A DNA stretch of 63,735 nucleotides, filler included, from Salisapilia sapeloensis CBS 127946 (GCA_023334545.1; 10 parts of 10 records of this genome joined end to end with filler, not necessarily neighbours in it), one strand, 5' to 3'; shown: positions 1-11,204, counted from the first letter of the whole stretch. Numbers and translations: made by a program. The notes: generated by a model not told the origin, from the sequence alone.

Positions 1-3000
1 CCATGAACTGACCCATGCGGTGGGCTTCACGCGCTAGAGACGTTTCACCAGCACCATTGGCCAGCTTACCTTCGAACATGGAGATCTGACTGAGCGCCAC
101 ATCTCGACCTTTACCACACTGCATGAACTCCACGTGCGTGACAAGACCGCCACGGAGCGTCGAGTTGAAACCAGCGAACACATCTTCTGACAAGTTGATA
201 CCTTTACTCGCTTTACTCAGTCCACCGCGTGTGAACGCAAGGACCTTGTCAAAGACATCCGGGTGACCGTAGTGCATACGGACGCAGAGCGGGTCGGCAA
301 GTACACGCTGCGAGAGCGTCACGAAGACCAGTTCCTGCCAGGTCTTGAACTTGGCGAGAGACGAAGCGTTACCGGTGAAGATATGCTCTCGCATACCAAT
401 GATCGAGACTGGCTTCTTAGAAGGATGGATGTCAGCAGTACGAAGGAGCTGCGGCATCTTGAGACACTCTTCAAAGTAATGTTCCTGGTTCATATCGATT
501 GTCTGGACAAACTCTCCGCGTGTGAACGGGACAGCGTTATTCTGGTTCTCTGGCTTACCTTCTCCCAGAATCGGGTCACCAGGGAGTTGGTAGCGGTACA
601 CTTCGACAATCTCTTCATTCTCGCTCTTGATCAAGACCGAATCAAACTCCTTAATGCCGTCACCGGCGTCAATGTTATCGACGTATGCGACACGAAGGTT
701 CGGATACTCTCGCAGCAAGTAGTCGATATCATCTGCCTGTGGCTTGCCTTCTTTCCGATGCTTGCCGTACACTTGGCAAGCGCAAATGTACGAGAACTTG
801 AGTCGGACCATATCCTGTAGTTGTGCTTGCTTTTGTTCCGCCGACTTGTTTGGGTTGGAACCAATCTCGAGCCAATGGAGGATCTTGATCGCATCTTCAT
901 ACAGCATCATGCCTTGCACTGTTCGAGCAAGTGTCTGACCTCGATAGGATGCCCACAATCGGATCTCCTGCGGATAGTCCCGTTGCGCCTCTTCCGCCGT
1001 ACTGACGTCGACACGTTCCAAAAAGTTCTCCCACTCTTCCTGATGGATTTTGGTGAGGTACTTGAGGATCGTAAGGTTTTTCCCGTCTTCCTCGACCTTC
1101 TGGAAGATCGGGTGATTGACGAGTGGATTGTTTAAGTCTTCCATTGAAAAGAGGACCGTCTCGGCGTAAAATGGCGTGACGACACTAAAGGAGCGCATCT
1201 CCTTGATCGCACGTAGCTGCGGGATGTCCATCGCGAGGGATTTCATAAAGAAACCGAGACGACGTTGAGCTTCACCTGTGCGTGGCATGGCTTCTGAGCG
1301 TTCGAGAGATAGCAGAAGACAGGCACGTGTGGCGGCACCCATGGCCGTATCACTCGTAAAGAGGTTGACGAGACCACGAGAAGCATACACGTATCCACTA
1401 ACGCTCGAGCAGAACTTGGTGTTGCCAAACTTGCGTTGGAGCGAAGGATCGACACAGAAGGCTTGGAGATTGTTTAGGAAAGCTTCCATCTTCGAGACAA
1501 AGTTGCGGATGACACCCATCGTATGGACGTGTGCGCCAGGGATATGATGGGACTGGACGTCTGGATCCGGAAGGTCCAAGATCTCTTCCAGCAAGTCGAC
1601 TGCAGCAGCACGTAGACGCGGGAGTTCTCGCACGTGGAAGTTCTGCATGAAGCCGCCGTTGGCTGCAATCTCTTCAATCGCGTGGAAGCCGTCCAACACT
1701 TCTGAATCGTCTGTACCGAAGAGTGCTTGTAAGACGTACGTGGAGGCAGTGAAGAAGGAGCGAATGGCCGAGAGGCAATCGCTTTCAACCAGTCCGACAC
1801 GCAGCTGACTCTCGCCCTTGCCTTCCTTGACGGTCTTGATCGTCAAGTTCATGGCTTCTCCGAGCTTACCGGCGGATAAAAAGACAGGCTCAAAGACTTC
1901 TCCGTTGCTACGAATGTCGTACTGCAGGATCGCAGCTTCCTTATCGTCCAAGAGATCGTTTTCACGGAAAGAGTTGACAATTTCATTCCAAACGACGACG
2001 AAACGCAGCATCATCTGCGACTCGTATGCGGCAGCCATCATACTCGCACGCGAACCGTTCGAGGAAGGTGACGCAGCGTCATTGGATCGAGCGAGAGACG
2101 TGACGATCTTCTGGTCAAAGAGCTGCGGGGCGACGCGGAAGGCTTTGGACATTTCCTTGGCACCATGGATCTCACCTGCTTTCATGAGGATGCCCATGAA
2201 GGCACCGAGGAGCGCTTGGAAGATGGTAAAGTAAATCTGCGTATCGTAGTTGAAGATGAAGACAACTGGTGCCCAGAGTGCGATGATGATACCAATGTTA
2301 TGGAAGGACACAAGCGAGCTCTGGTACTCAATGTCCATGTCGTAGACAGCCAAGGACGGCAGCATGAGCGGACGCACGAGGATCACGTAGGAAACGATGG
2401 CCTTGAGGATCCACAGCAGAGCCCAGTACAAGACGTACTTGTACTGGTATCGGAACGGCGCGTTCATCTTGCGACCGACGTACGACGTCGCACCTTCACG
2501 TACGAATTTTGCAAGAAAAGTATCTCCGACGAGCTGCGGCGAGAAGGCATAGGCGAGCATAATGAGGACACCAGGCGCGAGGAAGACGATGAAAAGCGGC
2601 CAGAACTTGTTCAATAAAGAAGTCGTTCGCTCCTCATGCATCGACTGGAACATGGTCACACCAAAGAGGACGGCAAAGCCACCGTTCCAGATCATACGAA
2701 CCATAAGGGCAGAACCATAAGACCAGCTCCTGGACGAGCTTTCCTTCTTTTCACCAGAGATAACCAAATGCCATCCATGACACGCTTCCAACACTGTCTT
2801 ACAAAATGCAAGAGCAGCGACACAAAAGCCAATAGACACGACAGCGAGTTTCAAGGCGCGATCCGTGTATGGCTCGACGGTTTCTCCAATGGACGAGAAC
2901 TGGTCAAAGCCAGACTTACCTCCATCCGGCGAAATGGCGACGGAGAAGGCGAGAACCGAGAGCAGGACGAGGAAAATGAGGTTGAACTGGAAGATGCGGT

Positions 3001-3856
3001 AGTAGTTGAGCACGAGCGTGAAGATCGATCGGTGCTCGTAGAACGTCTTCCCGTGGTTCTGACCGAGCTCTTCCCCGACACGATCGACTGGAATCGAGAG
3101 TGCATGGACTTTCCAAAAGTATTCGTTAATGTCGTCGTAGTTACGGATTTTGACGTGCTCCAGCGGCTTGTTGAGCTTATTCCGTCGCTTCATGTTCGAC
3201 GCTTCGTACCAAATCGGCCGAATGACGTGGAGGAGGAACCATCCATCCTGTCGACGGTCATTTCCGGCCGGATCGGCGTTCACGAGCGTCATGAGCTGGT
3301 GGAAAATGTAGCAGAGACATTCCGGCATGTGTCGGACGTTCGCGGCTTCTCCCCAAATCAAAAAGTAGAGCATCAAGTCCATGTGGTACGGATGCTTGAG
3401 ACTGCCGTTGACGCCTCCCGTGTAGCTCACGGGCGGTGTCTTGAGGAACTGGCACCAGTCGCGGTAGTTGGACGTGAGCTTCGAGTGCAAATCCAAGAGA
3501 GGCTGCTCCGCCGGCGCGCCACGTTCACACCGGGCTCTTCCGTTCGCTAGTAGCAAAAGGACGTGCTCCCTCTGGTTCGCGACGGAGCCTTCTTGGAATC
3601 CGAACTTGGCCTTGAGCAAGTCGCAGCAGTAGTCGATGGAGGCTTCATCGTCATCGACTTCCCGAGCTCCCTTGTCGACATGCGGCTTCGACTGACTAGT
3701 CGACGAGTCGGTATCAGAAGACGGTCCGGCAACATCGAGTCCCGTGAGTCTCATGCTAAGTTTTTCCTCTCCATTGCGTTCCGAATGCGTACGTCGTCGA
3801 TCTGCATCAAGCTCAAAGTAGTTCGAGCTAGCACGACGGCGACTTTGGGACGCCAT
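1..3856 (-). CDS. FKS1: Callose / 1,3-beta-glucan synthase (GT48), 3' end runs off the window
   Basis: Absent from the ORF track because it is open at the window edge. Manual translation from ATG 3856 gives MASQSRRRASSNYFEL...KFGFQEGSVANQREHVLLLLAN. At the left edge, in the same frame, is TRGGLSKASKGINLSEDVFAGFNSTLRGG...CGKGRDV, the GT48 catalytic motif. Confidence 0.97.
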   Translation of the reverse strand, partial: MASQSRRRASSNYFELDADRRRTHSERNGEEKLSMRLTGLDVAGPSSDTDSSTSQSKPHVDKGAREVDDDEASIDYCCDLLKAKFGFQEGSVANQREHVLLLLANGRARCERGAPAEQPLLDLHSKLTSNYRDWCQFLKTPPVSYTGGVNGSLKHPYHMDLMLYFLIWGEAANVRHMPECLCYIFHQLMTLVNADPAGNDRRQDGWFLLHVIRPIWYEASNMKRRNKLNKPLEHVKIRNYDDINEYFWKVHALSIPVDRVGEELGQNHGKTFYEHRSIFTLVLNYYRIFQFNLIFLVLLSVLAFSVAISPDGGKSGFDQFSSIGETVEPYTDRALKLAVVSIGFCVAALAFCKTVLEACHGWHLVISGEKKESSSRSWSYGSALMVRMIWNGGFAVLFGVTMFQSMHEERTTSLLNKFWPLFIVFLAPGVLIMLAYAFSPQLVGDTFLAKFVREGATSYVGRKMNAPFRYQYKYVLYWALLWILKAIVSYVILVRPLMLPSLAVYDMDIEYQSSLVSFHNIGIIIALWAPVVFIFNYDTQIYFTIFQALLGAFMGILMKAGEIHGAKEMSKAFRVAPQLFDQKIVTSLARSNDAASPSSNGSRASMMAAAYESQMMLRFVVVWNEIVNSFRENDLLDDKEAAILQYDIRSNGEVFEPVFLSAGKLGEAMNLTIKTVKEGKGESQLRVGLVESDCLSAIRSFFTASTYVLQALFGTDDSEVLDGFHAIEEIAANGGFMQNFHVRELPRLRAAAVDLLEEILDLPDPDVQSHHIPGAHVHTMGVIRNFVSKMEAFLNNLQAFCVDPSLQRKFGNTKFCSSVSGYVYASRGLVNLFTSDTAMGAATRACLLLSLERSEAMPRTGEAQRRLGFFMKSLAMDIPQLRAIKEMRSFSVVTPFYAETVLFSMEDLNNPLVNHPIFQKVEEDGKNLTILKYLTKIHQEEWENFLERVDVSTAEEAQRDYPQEIRLWASYRGQTLARTVQGMMLYEDAIKILHWLEIGSNPNKSAEQKQAQLQDMVRLKFSYICACQVYGKHRKEGKPQADDIDYLLREYPNLRVAYVDNIDAGDGIKEFDSVLIKSENEEIVEVYRYQLPGDPILGEGKPENQNNAVPFTRGEFVQTIDMNQEHYFEECLKMPQLLRTADIHPSKKPVSIIGMREHIFTGNASSLAKFKTWQELVFVTLSQRVLADPLCVRMHYGHPDVFDKVLAFTRGGLSKASKGINLSEDVFAGFNSTLRGGLVTHVEFMQCGKGRDVALSQISMFEGKLANGAGETSLAREAHRMGQFM

Positions 3857-4365
3857 AATGACAGGTCGTACGAATGAAAAAGTACTTGTGGTGCAAGTAA
3901 GTAGTTATGGACAAACGGTGCTCGAAGTAAGAGCGTGGGAGAGTTGCTATCGTCCGTTTCTCGTACTGAGCCGACTCCCTGGCGAAAGAGAAAACGGGTT
4001 TGCCACTATTCAGTTCCGACCACTTGCTTTCACTATACGCGTTACGAACGGTGGCGAACGTGTTGGAAAAAGCAGCCAATCATCTAGTTGATTGGAATCG
4101 ATAAATTTTCAATTGGATTTTATCGTGGGAGGTGGGTGACTCGATAGGCTTTTGTATGTAAAGGAGAATGGATGGATTGTAGACGCACTTAGGGGACGAG
4201 TGTGCTTCGTAGAAAAGGAACCTAGGAGCTCGTTCGAGGGAAGGTAGTAAGGTATACAATGTAACGCTCACAGGTGGTAACGACGGGACAATGGATGTTG
4301 ATGTGCGATCTAAAAATACCCACGTGACGAGCAAAGATACATACTTAATGGGCGTAAAAGTCTTC

Positions 4366-7300
4366 CTAATCTCGTAGTTCAGGTTCCAGCTCTCGGAGGC
4401 ACACGGCTAATGCTTCAGGCTCCACCACGCGCATAGTAATACGATCTGTTAGGGCGACAAAGCCAGCCAACGATAGTAGCCGGACCAAGCTGGGTGTCTC
4501 CCGCTTCATCCGGGCGTACCGGATGTCCTCATGGTACAGCGTTCGGAACTTGGACCGAACACCTTCATGATGCAGCGATCGCAAGACCTTGAAGATCGAC
4601 TCCAGTTTCCGACGGCGTTCCCATGCCGATGGACACTCGGCCTTTAACGCTGCGAGACAAGCTCTTACTTTACCCATCAGCTCTTCGACTCGATGCGCGG
4701 ACGATTGATGGTGGGCGGGCACCCCATCACTCCACGCTGGGCTTTGGCTGTATAAATCGTCCATACTGCCCAGCTGACCTGGCATCATGAAGGCAGTGTA
4801 CTTGACTTCTTGGGGCAAAGAGCTGCTTCGAGGTCGCTCCAGACTGCGGATGAGCTCTCGTAGCTCGGTGCTATTGTCATGATTCGTGGCAGAACTATCA
4901 TCCGACTCTTGCTCTCGACTAATCGCTTCCTTGTCTCGCGTATGATCACCTTCGTACTGTAAAAAGAGCGACTGCTGGTCATCCATGTCCATCACCGCCA
5001 AGTCTTCATCGTCAACGTCGGAGGAATCGTACTCGTCATCGAGCACGAAGCGGTTTCCAGCCATCACATGATAGTTGCCATAGTCAGATCCACTATCACC
5101 CGTAGCGAATGAGATGGCCGACATGCCTCGTGGCAGACCAGGATCATCATCTTCTCTCGTCCATTTCATATCGACGCTATCCCGTCGCCCCACTCGCTCC
5201 TTTTCTTGACCGATATTGCGGTCTTCACTTGAACTCATTACACCACGTAGCTCCGACACGAGTGCTTCTGTCGTTAATTTTGGTACTTCCTGTCGGTACA
5301 AGTGTCCTTTTGCAGGCTTACTAGCAGACGCCTGAGCCGCAGCAGCAGCAGCGGCACGATCGATGTCGGTCTGACCACGCTGACCAAAGACATTGAAGAC
5401 GCTTTCAATCTCTGCCTGGGCAGACTGTTCGTACACTGCATCTAGGTCACTATCTGCTTCTGGTTCATCCGAGAGATTGTACGCTGATAGTTTATGCTGA
5501 GCGGACAATAAACTACTCTGCAATTCATGAATCTTGCGTTCCAAATCTTGCACCTCTTCCATGCGCACGCTATGAGTGGATGTCGCACGCAACAGTCTCT
5601 TGTCTTCTGGAGGAGACGCTGCAGTCGCCATGGCCATGGCATAGTTATGTGATGAATAAGGATTAAACTGCTCGTCTGAATCCGTGCTGCCTATACTATC
5701 GTAACTTTCATCTAATCGCTCTTCCTCCGCGTCTTCCGATGCGACAGAAGACAGGAACGCTTGTCCAGCTTGTTCCGTCGCTCGAGCAGCGGCAAAGGTA
5801 ATACGAGCGACATTTTGGAACTGGTCAGCAGTCATCCGTTCGGGAGGCGTGAGCGTTCCTGTGGTATTCGCCAAAGCCGCGTCAAAGTTCGCAACCGAGC
5901 TCTCAAGTGTCGATCGAATGCGTGTGAGCTGGTCGCGTAGCTGACTCGCACTCACTTCATCTTCTGCATACTCAGCTTCCGCCAATGCCATGTTGATGGT
6001 ATCTCGAATCTCTCGAATGTGGTTGACGATTTCTGTTAGCGCTTCGACCTGGTCTTTATTCTCTCGCTCGTCTCTGCTTCGAGGAGGTGCGAGTACAAGT
6101 TGATTCTCCTTGGCGGCAACTGTCTTCTGGTCATTGTACGTCGCCAGCTGACGCTCTGTCTTGGCAAGTACATTGTCTTCGTCCCTCTTCCGAGAACTCG
6201 CTTTCTTCCGATCATGTGACTCGCGCATACGGAAGAGCATTTCTTCGTACGAATCATGACGAGGAGAGCGTAGACCACGGATGTAGGACTCTGTGTCGCC
6301 ATTTGAAGTGGACGTTTCGAGCTGTTGGGATGGAGCTTGCGAGTCCGGAGCAGACGTCGCGTGGATCATGCACTCGGAACAAATGCGCAGGTGGGCAATG
6401 CCAAAGATAGGTTCCTCTAATTCACGCAATGGTGCACATGTACTACAACAGACTTCGCCACAAGCGCGACAATGGTGTTTGCGCCGGAAGTAGAAACCTC
6501 GTAGACATACTGCACAAGCCTTGCGTTCGGCATTGGGTATCCACTGCCATTCTTCTAGGAAACGTAGACTACTAACTCGTTGCCGATCAACGAGGAATGG
6601 CAATCGAGCACACGTTCTTGCGATCTGTTGCTGCAACACTTTGTCGAGGACCTGTCGTAAGGAATTTGGCAAGTCGCCATCGATCTGTGCAATCACTGTG
6701 ACTTTAAGCGTATTTGGTTGATGAGTTCTAGATATGATAATGCCTGTACGTGAAAAGTAGCCACGTACGATACCATAGTTATCTAAAGGAGGTACTTCCT
6801 TGTCCCGAGTGATGGACTCTTGGACGCAGAATCCCACCACGCTCGAGCCAGGAGGTGCATCGCGTTTACCAGCATACTCCAAGTAGCAAAAGTCGACGGC
6901 TTTATGACTACTAGGTGCTGGCGGACGTAATGCTAGCCATTTAATCGCACGATAGGAATAAGCAGGTCGCATCTGCGCAACAGACGATGGAAACGCGAAC
7001 AATGTCCGTCCATCGGCAAATGTATCCTGTAGCAGATACTTTTGTGTCTTTCGTACGTCTTTCGTTTTCACTTTTGCAACGGCTTGCAAGACTTCGTCAA
7101 CACGCACATCGGGCAGTTCGACACTGGCTTTCAGCAATGTCGATGCCTGTGGTGACCGAGCGCCAGGACGCACATCAAGAAACTGCGCTCGTTGGCACCG
7201 CACGCCACTAATTCGCGCCGACTCACCCCACTTATACGCAAGGTCAGCGTCTTCGATGGCACGAACGAGCTGTGCTATTCGGTCCTTGCCTAAACGTTTA

Positions 7301-7398
7301 TAGAAGCGAAGTTCCTCTTGATTGAGTGCGAGTTGTGGGAAGAAGGACTCCCGGAGAGGGAACTCTACTCCTTGATGGGGTCTACCCCTCGTCTGCAT
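4366..7398 (-). CDS. START-like + FYVE zinc finger protein, 1010 aa, with possible C-terminal PUB-like domain
   Basis: FYVE CAVC...RRKHHCRACGEVCCSTC...LRICSEC preceded by a ~250-aa START-like region; coiled-coil and acidic middle. Confidence 0.9.
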   Translation of the reverse strand: MQTRGRPHQGVEFPLRESFFPQLALNQEELRFYKRLGKDRIAQLVRAIEDADLAYKWGESARISGVRCQRAQFLDVRPGARSPQASTLLKASVELPDVRVDEVLQAVAKVKTKDVRKTQKYLLQDTFADGRTLFAFPSSVAQMRPAYSYRAIKWLALRPPAPSSHKAVDFCYLEYAGKRDAPPGSSVVGFCVQESITRDKEVPPLDNYGIVRGYFSRTGIIISRTHQPNTLKVTVIAQIDGDLPNSLRQVLDKVLQQQIARTCARLPFLVDRQRVSSLRFLEEWQWIPNAERKACAVCLRGFYFRRKHHCRACGEVCCSTCAPLRELEEPIFGIAHLRICSECMIHATSAPDSQAPSQQLETSTSNGDTESYIRGLRSPRHDSYEEMLFRMRESHDRKKASSRKRDEDNVLAKTERQLATYNDQKTVAAKENQLVLAPPRSRDERENKDQVEALTEIVNHIREIRDTINMALAEAEYAEDEVSASQLRDQLTRIRSTLESSVANFDAALANTTGTLTPPERMTADQFQNVARITFAAARATEQAGQAFLSSVASEDAEEERLDESYDSIGSTDSDEQFNPYSSHNYAMAMATAASPPEDKRLLRATSTHSVRMEEVQDLERKIHELQSSLLSAQHKLSAYNLSDEPEADSDLDAVYEQSAQAEIESVFNVFGQRGQTDIDRAAAAAAAQASASKPAKGHLYRQEVPKLTTEALVSELRGVMSSSEDRNIGQEKERVGRRDSVDMKWTREDDDPGLPRGMSAISFATGDSGSDYGNYHVMAGNRFVLDDEYDSSDVDDEDLAVMDMDDQQSLFLQYEGDHTRDKEAISREQESDDSSATNHDNSTELRELIRSLERPRSSSLPQEVKYTAFMMPGQLGSMDDLYSQSPAWSDGVPAHHQSSAHRVEELMGKVRACLAALKAECPSAWERRRKLESIFKVLRSLHHEGVRSKFRTLYHEDIRYARMKRETPSLVRLLSLAGFVALTDRITMRVVEPEALAVCLRELEPELRD

Positions 7399-7611
7399 GC
7401 GTCGCGTGAACTGTACAATTGTGCCTTGGTGATATACAGACTAGGAAGAGGAGGAGGGATTGTGGGAGCGACAGGTGGAACTGATGCCGGCGATCAGCAA
7501 CAGTTTCGCGATGGTACGAAGGAAGATCGGCGGAGTGATAGATGGATCGTTTGTCGCAACAAGGAAGAACAGGTTGGTAGAAGATTTTGATTAATGTTAA
7601 TGAGGAAAAAG

Positions 7612-10050
7612 TTACATGCCATCTCGTTCATTCGATGGTGCGCCAGTGGATTGGCCACTCGACCCTCGCTTTCGAGGTCGCAAGCCCTCCAAGAAGTCTC
7701 GAAAGTCGGTATGATCTTCCCGTCCACGCTGCTTCTTACGCGGACGTGGGTACAAAGATGGACCTGGTGCTTCCCGAGAATCCGACATATCAAAGTACGC
7801 TTCAGCATTGTCCAGCGAGATCTCGTCTTCTCGAGAAGACCTGCGCTCGCCAGTGTACTCTTCCGACTGGCGGCTGCTGCGACGAGTACCGATGTGTGGC
7901 CTCGGATACCTGTCAGAGTCTTCACTCCCGTCGTACGACTCAAACTCCAATCCTTCATGCCGCTCATCATAGTCGAAGCCGGCATCATCCGACAAGTCCG
8001 ACAGTGCCATAGCTTCTGACCTCTGTCGGTTGGATGGGTACACTGATGTCCATGGATGGGTCGGTGCCGGTGGAGGCGGCATCCTCGGTCTCGAAGGCGC
8101 CGTATGGACAGAGTTTCCACTGCTTGGCGGACGGTTGACGAGATCACTCGTGCTCATGACACTCCGCAGCTTGTGTACCATGTCTGTACTCAGCTTCGCC
8201 GGTGTCCTCTCTTCTTCCAGATCAAAGTCATCACTGGCGGTAGTCGGAGGCGACTTGCTACTCGCTTGAGACCCCTCTGGCTCTGGCTCATCCTGTGTCG
8301 AAGACGAGTGCGGCATCGGCTGATTGTCCAGTCGTCGCTGCAGCTTCTCCATCTTACTCGCCATCCGATTCCTCGGCTGTGTCTCTTCCTGCGGTCCGTT
8401 CACAGCTCGAGCGATCGACAGCATACTATCGGACAATTCGATCTGATCCAGTCGATCGGGATTAAAGTTCCGTTGTCGTCGTGGGAAGTTACTTAAACTG
8501 CTTTCCTGCTCATCATCCGAAGAACCATGCTCGGATACGGATTGATACGATGTGCCATCTAAGATTTCTCCTGCATGCTGATAATTCACGATCGAGCTAC
8601 TAGAATCACTATCTCTTCTTCGGCTTGCTTCCAATTGAGCATACGCTCTCTGACCTTCGAGCGATGCCAAAACGGCGTCAATATTCGATCCTGACACATC
8701 CAACTTGTCACGTAGCTTGCGAATACGAGAGTACACGTCGCTATGATCGCTACCGTTGTTCGAACCAACTTCGGACAGCGCGCCGTCGATAGATGTGCGT
8801 AGCTGTCGGATACGCTCCACTAGCTCTGCGACGGATAAATCATTGTCTTCTCGACTCTTGCGGCCGTGGTTCGAGCCGTGACGTAGACGCTGTGCCATCT
8901 CATCGATTGAGATTTGACGTGTCTGTTGGTTGGCTAAGCCTTGAATGTACGTCTCGGTGCCTCCGTTCGAGCTCTGTAATTCACTCCTTTCAATCGTCGA
9001 TCGACGTGTCTTCTGAGCTGCTGCCTGTGCCATACATTGGGAACAGACACGAAGGTGTGTTATGTCGAAAAGAGGTTCTTCCAGCTCACGCAATGGCGCA
9101 CAGGAAGCACATACGACTTCACCACACGTCTGACAGTGCTGCTTTCGACGAAAGTAAAATCCGCGTTGGCATACGTTGCAGCACTTGCGGTCGGCAGATG
9201 CGACCCAGTCCCATTCTTCGAGGTACTGCAGCCTACCAACACGCTGGCGTTCCAAGAGTCCTCGAACGCGATGGATGGACCCGACGCACTCGCTCATTAA
9301 AGCTTCCATCGCAGAGCGTAAGGGAGGAGCTAACTCGCCGTTGATCTGGGCGACGGATGTGACTTGGAGGACATTTTGCTGCTGCGTCCGAGTAATGATA
9401 ATACCAGTGCGAGTCCACATTCCTCTTTGGATGCCATATTTATTCAATTTCGGCACTTCTTGATCGCGACTGACGCTCTCTTGGATACAAAAGCCGACGG
9501 TCGAAGTGTCTCCACCGGTTGCCTTCTTCTTTCCTGCATATTCCAAGTAGCTAAAATCGATCGGAGATGCATTCTGATCTTGCGATTTGCGTAGTAAACA
9601 CCATTTCAAAGCTCTGTATGCATACGCTGGCTTTTTGTGTCCCGATGCGACGGGGAACGTTAGGAGTGTCTGCGTATCTACAAAGTTATCTCCGTACAAG
9701 TACCGGAGTGTCCGACGCGAATCTTTGGTTTTCACACGCGCAATGGCTTCGAGTACTTCGTCGATCGTCACGTCGACGACCTGCACGGAAGCCTTTAAAA
9801 GCGTGGCTTGGGAGGAGGATTTACGAGCACGATGGTGAGATTCGGCCCTCGTGCGATATACTTGAGCCTTGCGTCCGCCAGCTTTCGTAGACCGGAGCGG
9901 GGCCCAATCGTAGCGGCAGTCGGCATCGTCGACAATACGCACGAGATCGTCCACACGTTCTCGACCGAGTCGGCGGTACGTCATGAGATCATCTACCCCT
10001 AGTACTAGCTGGGGGAAGAACCCGGGCGGCACAGGCACGCTTAGTGTCAT
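7612..10050 (-). CDS. START-like + FYVE zinc finger protein, 812 aa, tandem paralog of 4366-7398
   Basis: FYVE CNVC...RRKQHCQTCGEVVCASC...LRVCSQC. The N-terminal half aligns by eye with the neighbour (TLLKASV...DEVL.A.A.VKTKD; DF.YLEYAGK; VGFC.QES). Confidence 0.9.
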   Translation of the reverse strand: MTLSVPVPPGFFPQLVLGVDDLMTYRRLGRERVDDLVRIVDDADCRYDWAPLRSTKAGGRKAQVYRTRAESHHRARKSSSQATLLKASVQVVDVTIDEVLEAIARVKTKDSRRTLRYLYGDNFVDTQTLLTFPVASGHKKPAYAYRALKWCLLRKSQDQNASPIDFSYLEYAGKKKATGGDTSTVGFCIQESVSRDQEVPKLNKYGIQRGMWTRTGIIITRTQQQNVLQVTSVAQINGELAPPLRSAMEALMSECVGSIHRVRGLLERQRVGRLQYLEEWDWVASADRKCCNVCQRGFYFRRKQHCQTCGEVVCASCAPLRELEEPLFDITHLRVCSQCMAQAAAQKTRRSTIERSELQSSNGGTETYIQGLANQQTRQISIDEMAQRLRHGSNHGRKSREDNDLSVAELVERIRQLRTSIDGALSEVGSNNGSDHSDVYSRIRKLRDKLDVSGSNIDAVLASLEGQRAYAQLEASRRRDSDSSSSIVNYQHAGEILDGTSYQSVSEHGSSDDEQESSLSNFPRRQRNFNPDRLDQIELSDSMLSIARAVNGPQEETQPRNRMASKMEKLQRRLDNQPMPHSSSTQDEPEPEGSQASSKSPPTTASDDFDLEEERTPAKLSTDMVHKLRSVMSTSDLVNRPPSSGNSVHTAPSRPRMPPPPAPTHPWTSVYPSNRQRSEAMALSDLSDDAGFDYDERHEGLEFESYDGSEDSDRYPRPHIGTRRSSRQSEEYTGERRSSREDEISLDNAEAYFDMSDSREAPGPSLYPRPRKKQRGREDHTDFRDFLEGLRPRKRGSSGQSTGAPSNERDGM

Positions 10051-10355
10051 GCTCCTCTGCCTAAATTCTTTTCTTCCGCTTTCTCCGCTCTCTCTCTTTA
10101 AGGAACTGGCCCACTGTGTGTCCCACGCTTGTTCAGATCACGTAATTTGCTCGTTTGAACGCTTTGAGAAGCTGAAATGCATCTCGATCTCGACCAGCAT
10201 CGAGGAGCACATACGCAGTGAGTAACTAAAACATCTTTCTGCATATACAGCGCGCGTCTGTCTGGTGCGCGTTCGAGCATCATCGTTGGATAGTCGAAAC
10301 CGAGCCCTCGATACACCTCTTTCTTTTAATAGCTGGACGTTTATTTCGTTACGGC

Positions 10356-11204
10356 TTACGGACTACCAACGCGACTACGACAAGTGGGGCAAGTGGGGCT
10401 TTGACACAGCCACGCCATGGCACAGTTTTCGTGAAACGTGTGGTAACATGGAAGGCGGACGGTGTAGTGGCAATTTGGATCGGCGATTGTGTTAGCTGAA
10501 GGCGACGGCGGTTCGGTTAACGCGACGGCTTCCTGGCTCAGCAGCGGCTCAAGGCAAATGCTGCAAATGCTCTCGTTGGAGCTCGGGAGGACCGAATGGA
10601 CGTCTTGGAGACTCATGATGGCATTCGCAAACGTGTAGTTCGCGCGTAGAATTTCGTCTGGAAACGCAAGCAAGTCACGCAGGAGCGAGGATAGCGCCAT
10701 GACTTGTTCCGAATGGCATTCCGGAATTAAAGACGGGATGACGATTTCAAGCGCTTGCCAGCAGTCTGTCAAGAATTGGTCAATTGCTTCCCGTTCCACT
10801 TGAACTTCTGTTCTGGACGCATCGGCGATAAACTTGAGTTCAAGATGAGAATGCGTCGTGATGATCTCGTGCAAGGCAAGGAAGAAGGCATGTTCTCGTT
10901 GTTTGCGTGGATCTCCGTCACTTTCAAAGCTTTCCAAGCATTCAGGTGTTATACTACAAGACATCATCGCTCGGCATTGTTGGAAGAAAGCTCGGAGCTT
11001 GGTCTGACTGAGCGCAATGACCCACGGGTACTCGCTCGTTTGGTTGTTTGCAGTCGCGGTGACACCAAGCGCGACGCGATATACTCTGGCGGTACCAATA
11101 AATAGAGACCTGGAGGAGACGTGAAAGGTGAAGGTCGTTGGCTGATAGTCACTAGTCATCTTCCGCAGCCTTCGCGACGAGCTAGTGAGGTTATTGTCGG
11201 CCAT
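10356..11204 (-). CDS. RING-H2 finger protein (putative E3 ligase), 282 aa
   Basis: C-terminal CSIC...LPCYHTFHENCAMAWLCQSPTCPTCR. Confidence 0.88.
   Translation of the reverse strand: MADNNLTSSSRRLRKMTSDYQPTTFTFHVSSRSLFIGTARVYRVALGVTATANNQTSEYPWVIALSQTKLRAFFQQCRAMMSCSITPECLESFESDGDPRKQREHAFFLALHEIITTHSHLELKFIADASRTEVQVEREAIDQFLTDCWQALEIVIPSLIPECHSEQVMALSSLLRDLLAFPDEILRANYTFANAIMSLQDVHSVLPSSNESICSICLEPLLSQEAVALTEPPSPSANTIADPNCHYTVRLPCYHTFHENCAMAWLCQSPTCPTCRSRVGSP

Noticed and set aside
263-3877. Series of long plus-strand ORFs (up to 304 aa)
   Set aside because: Antisense shadows of the codon-biased glucan synthase CDS; no motifs of their own.
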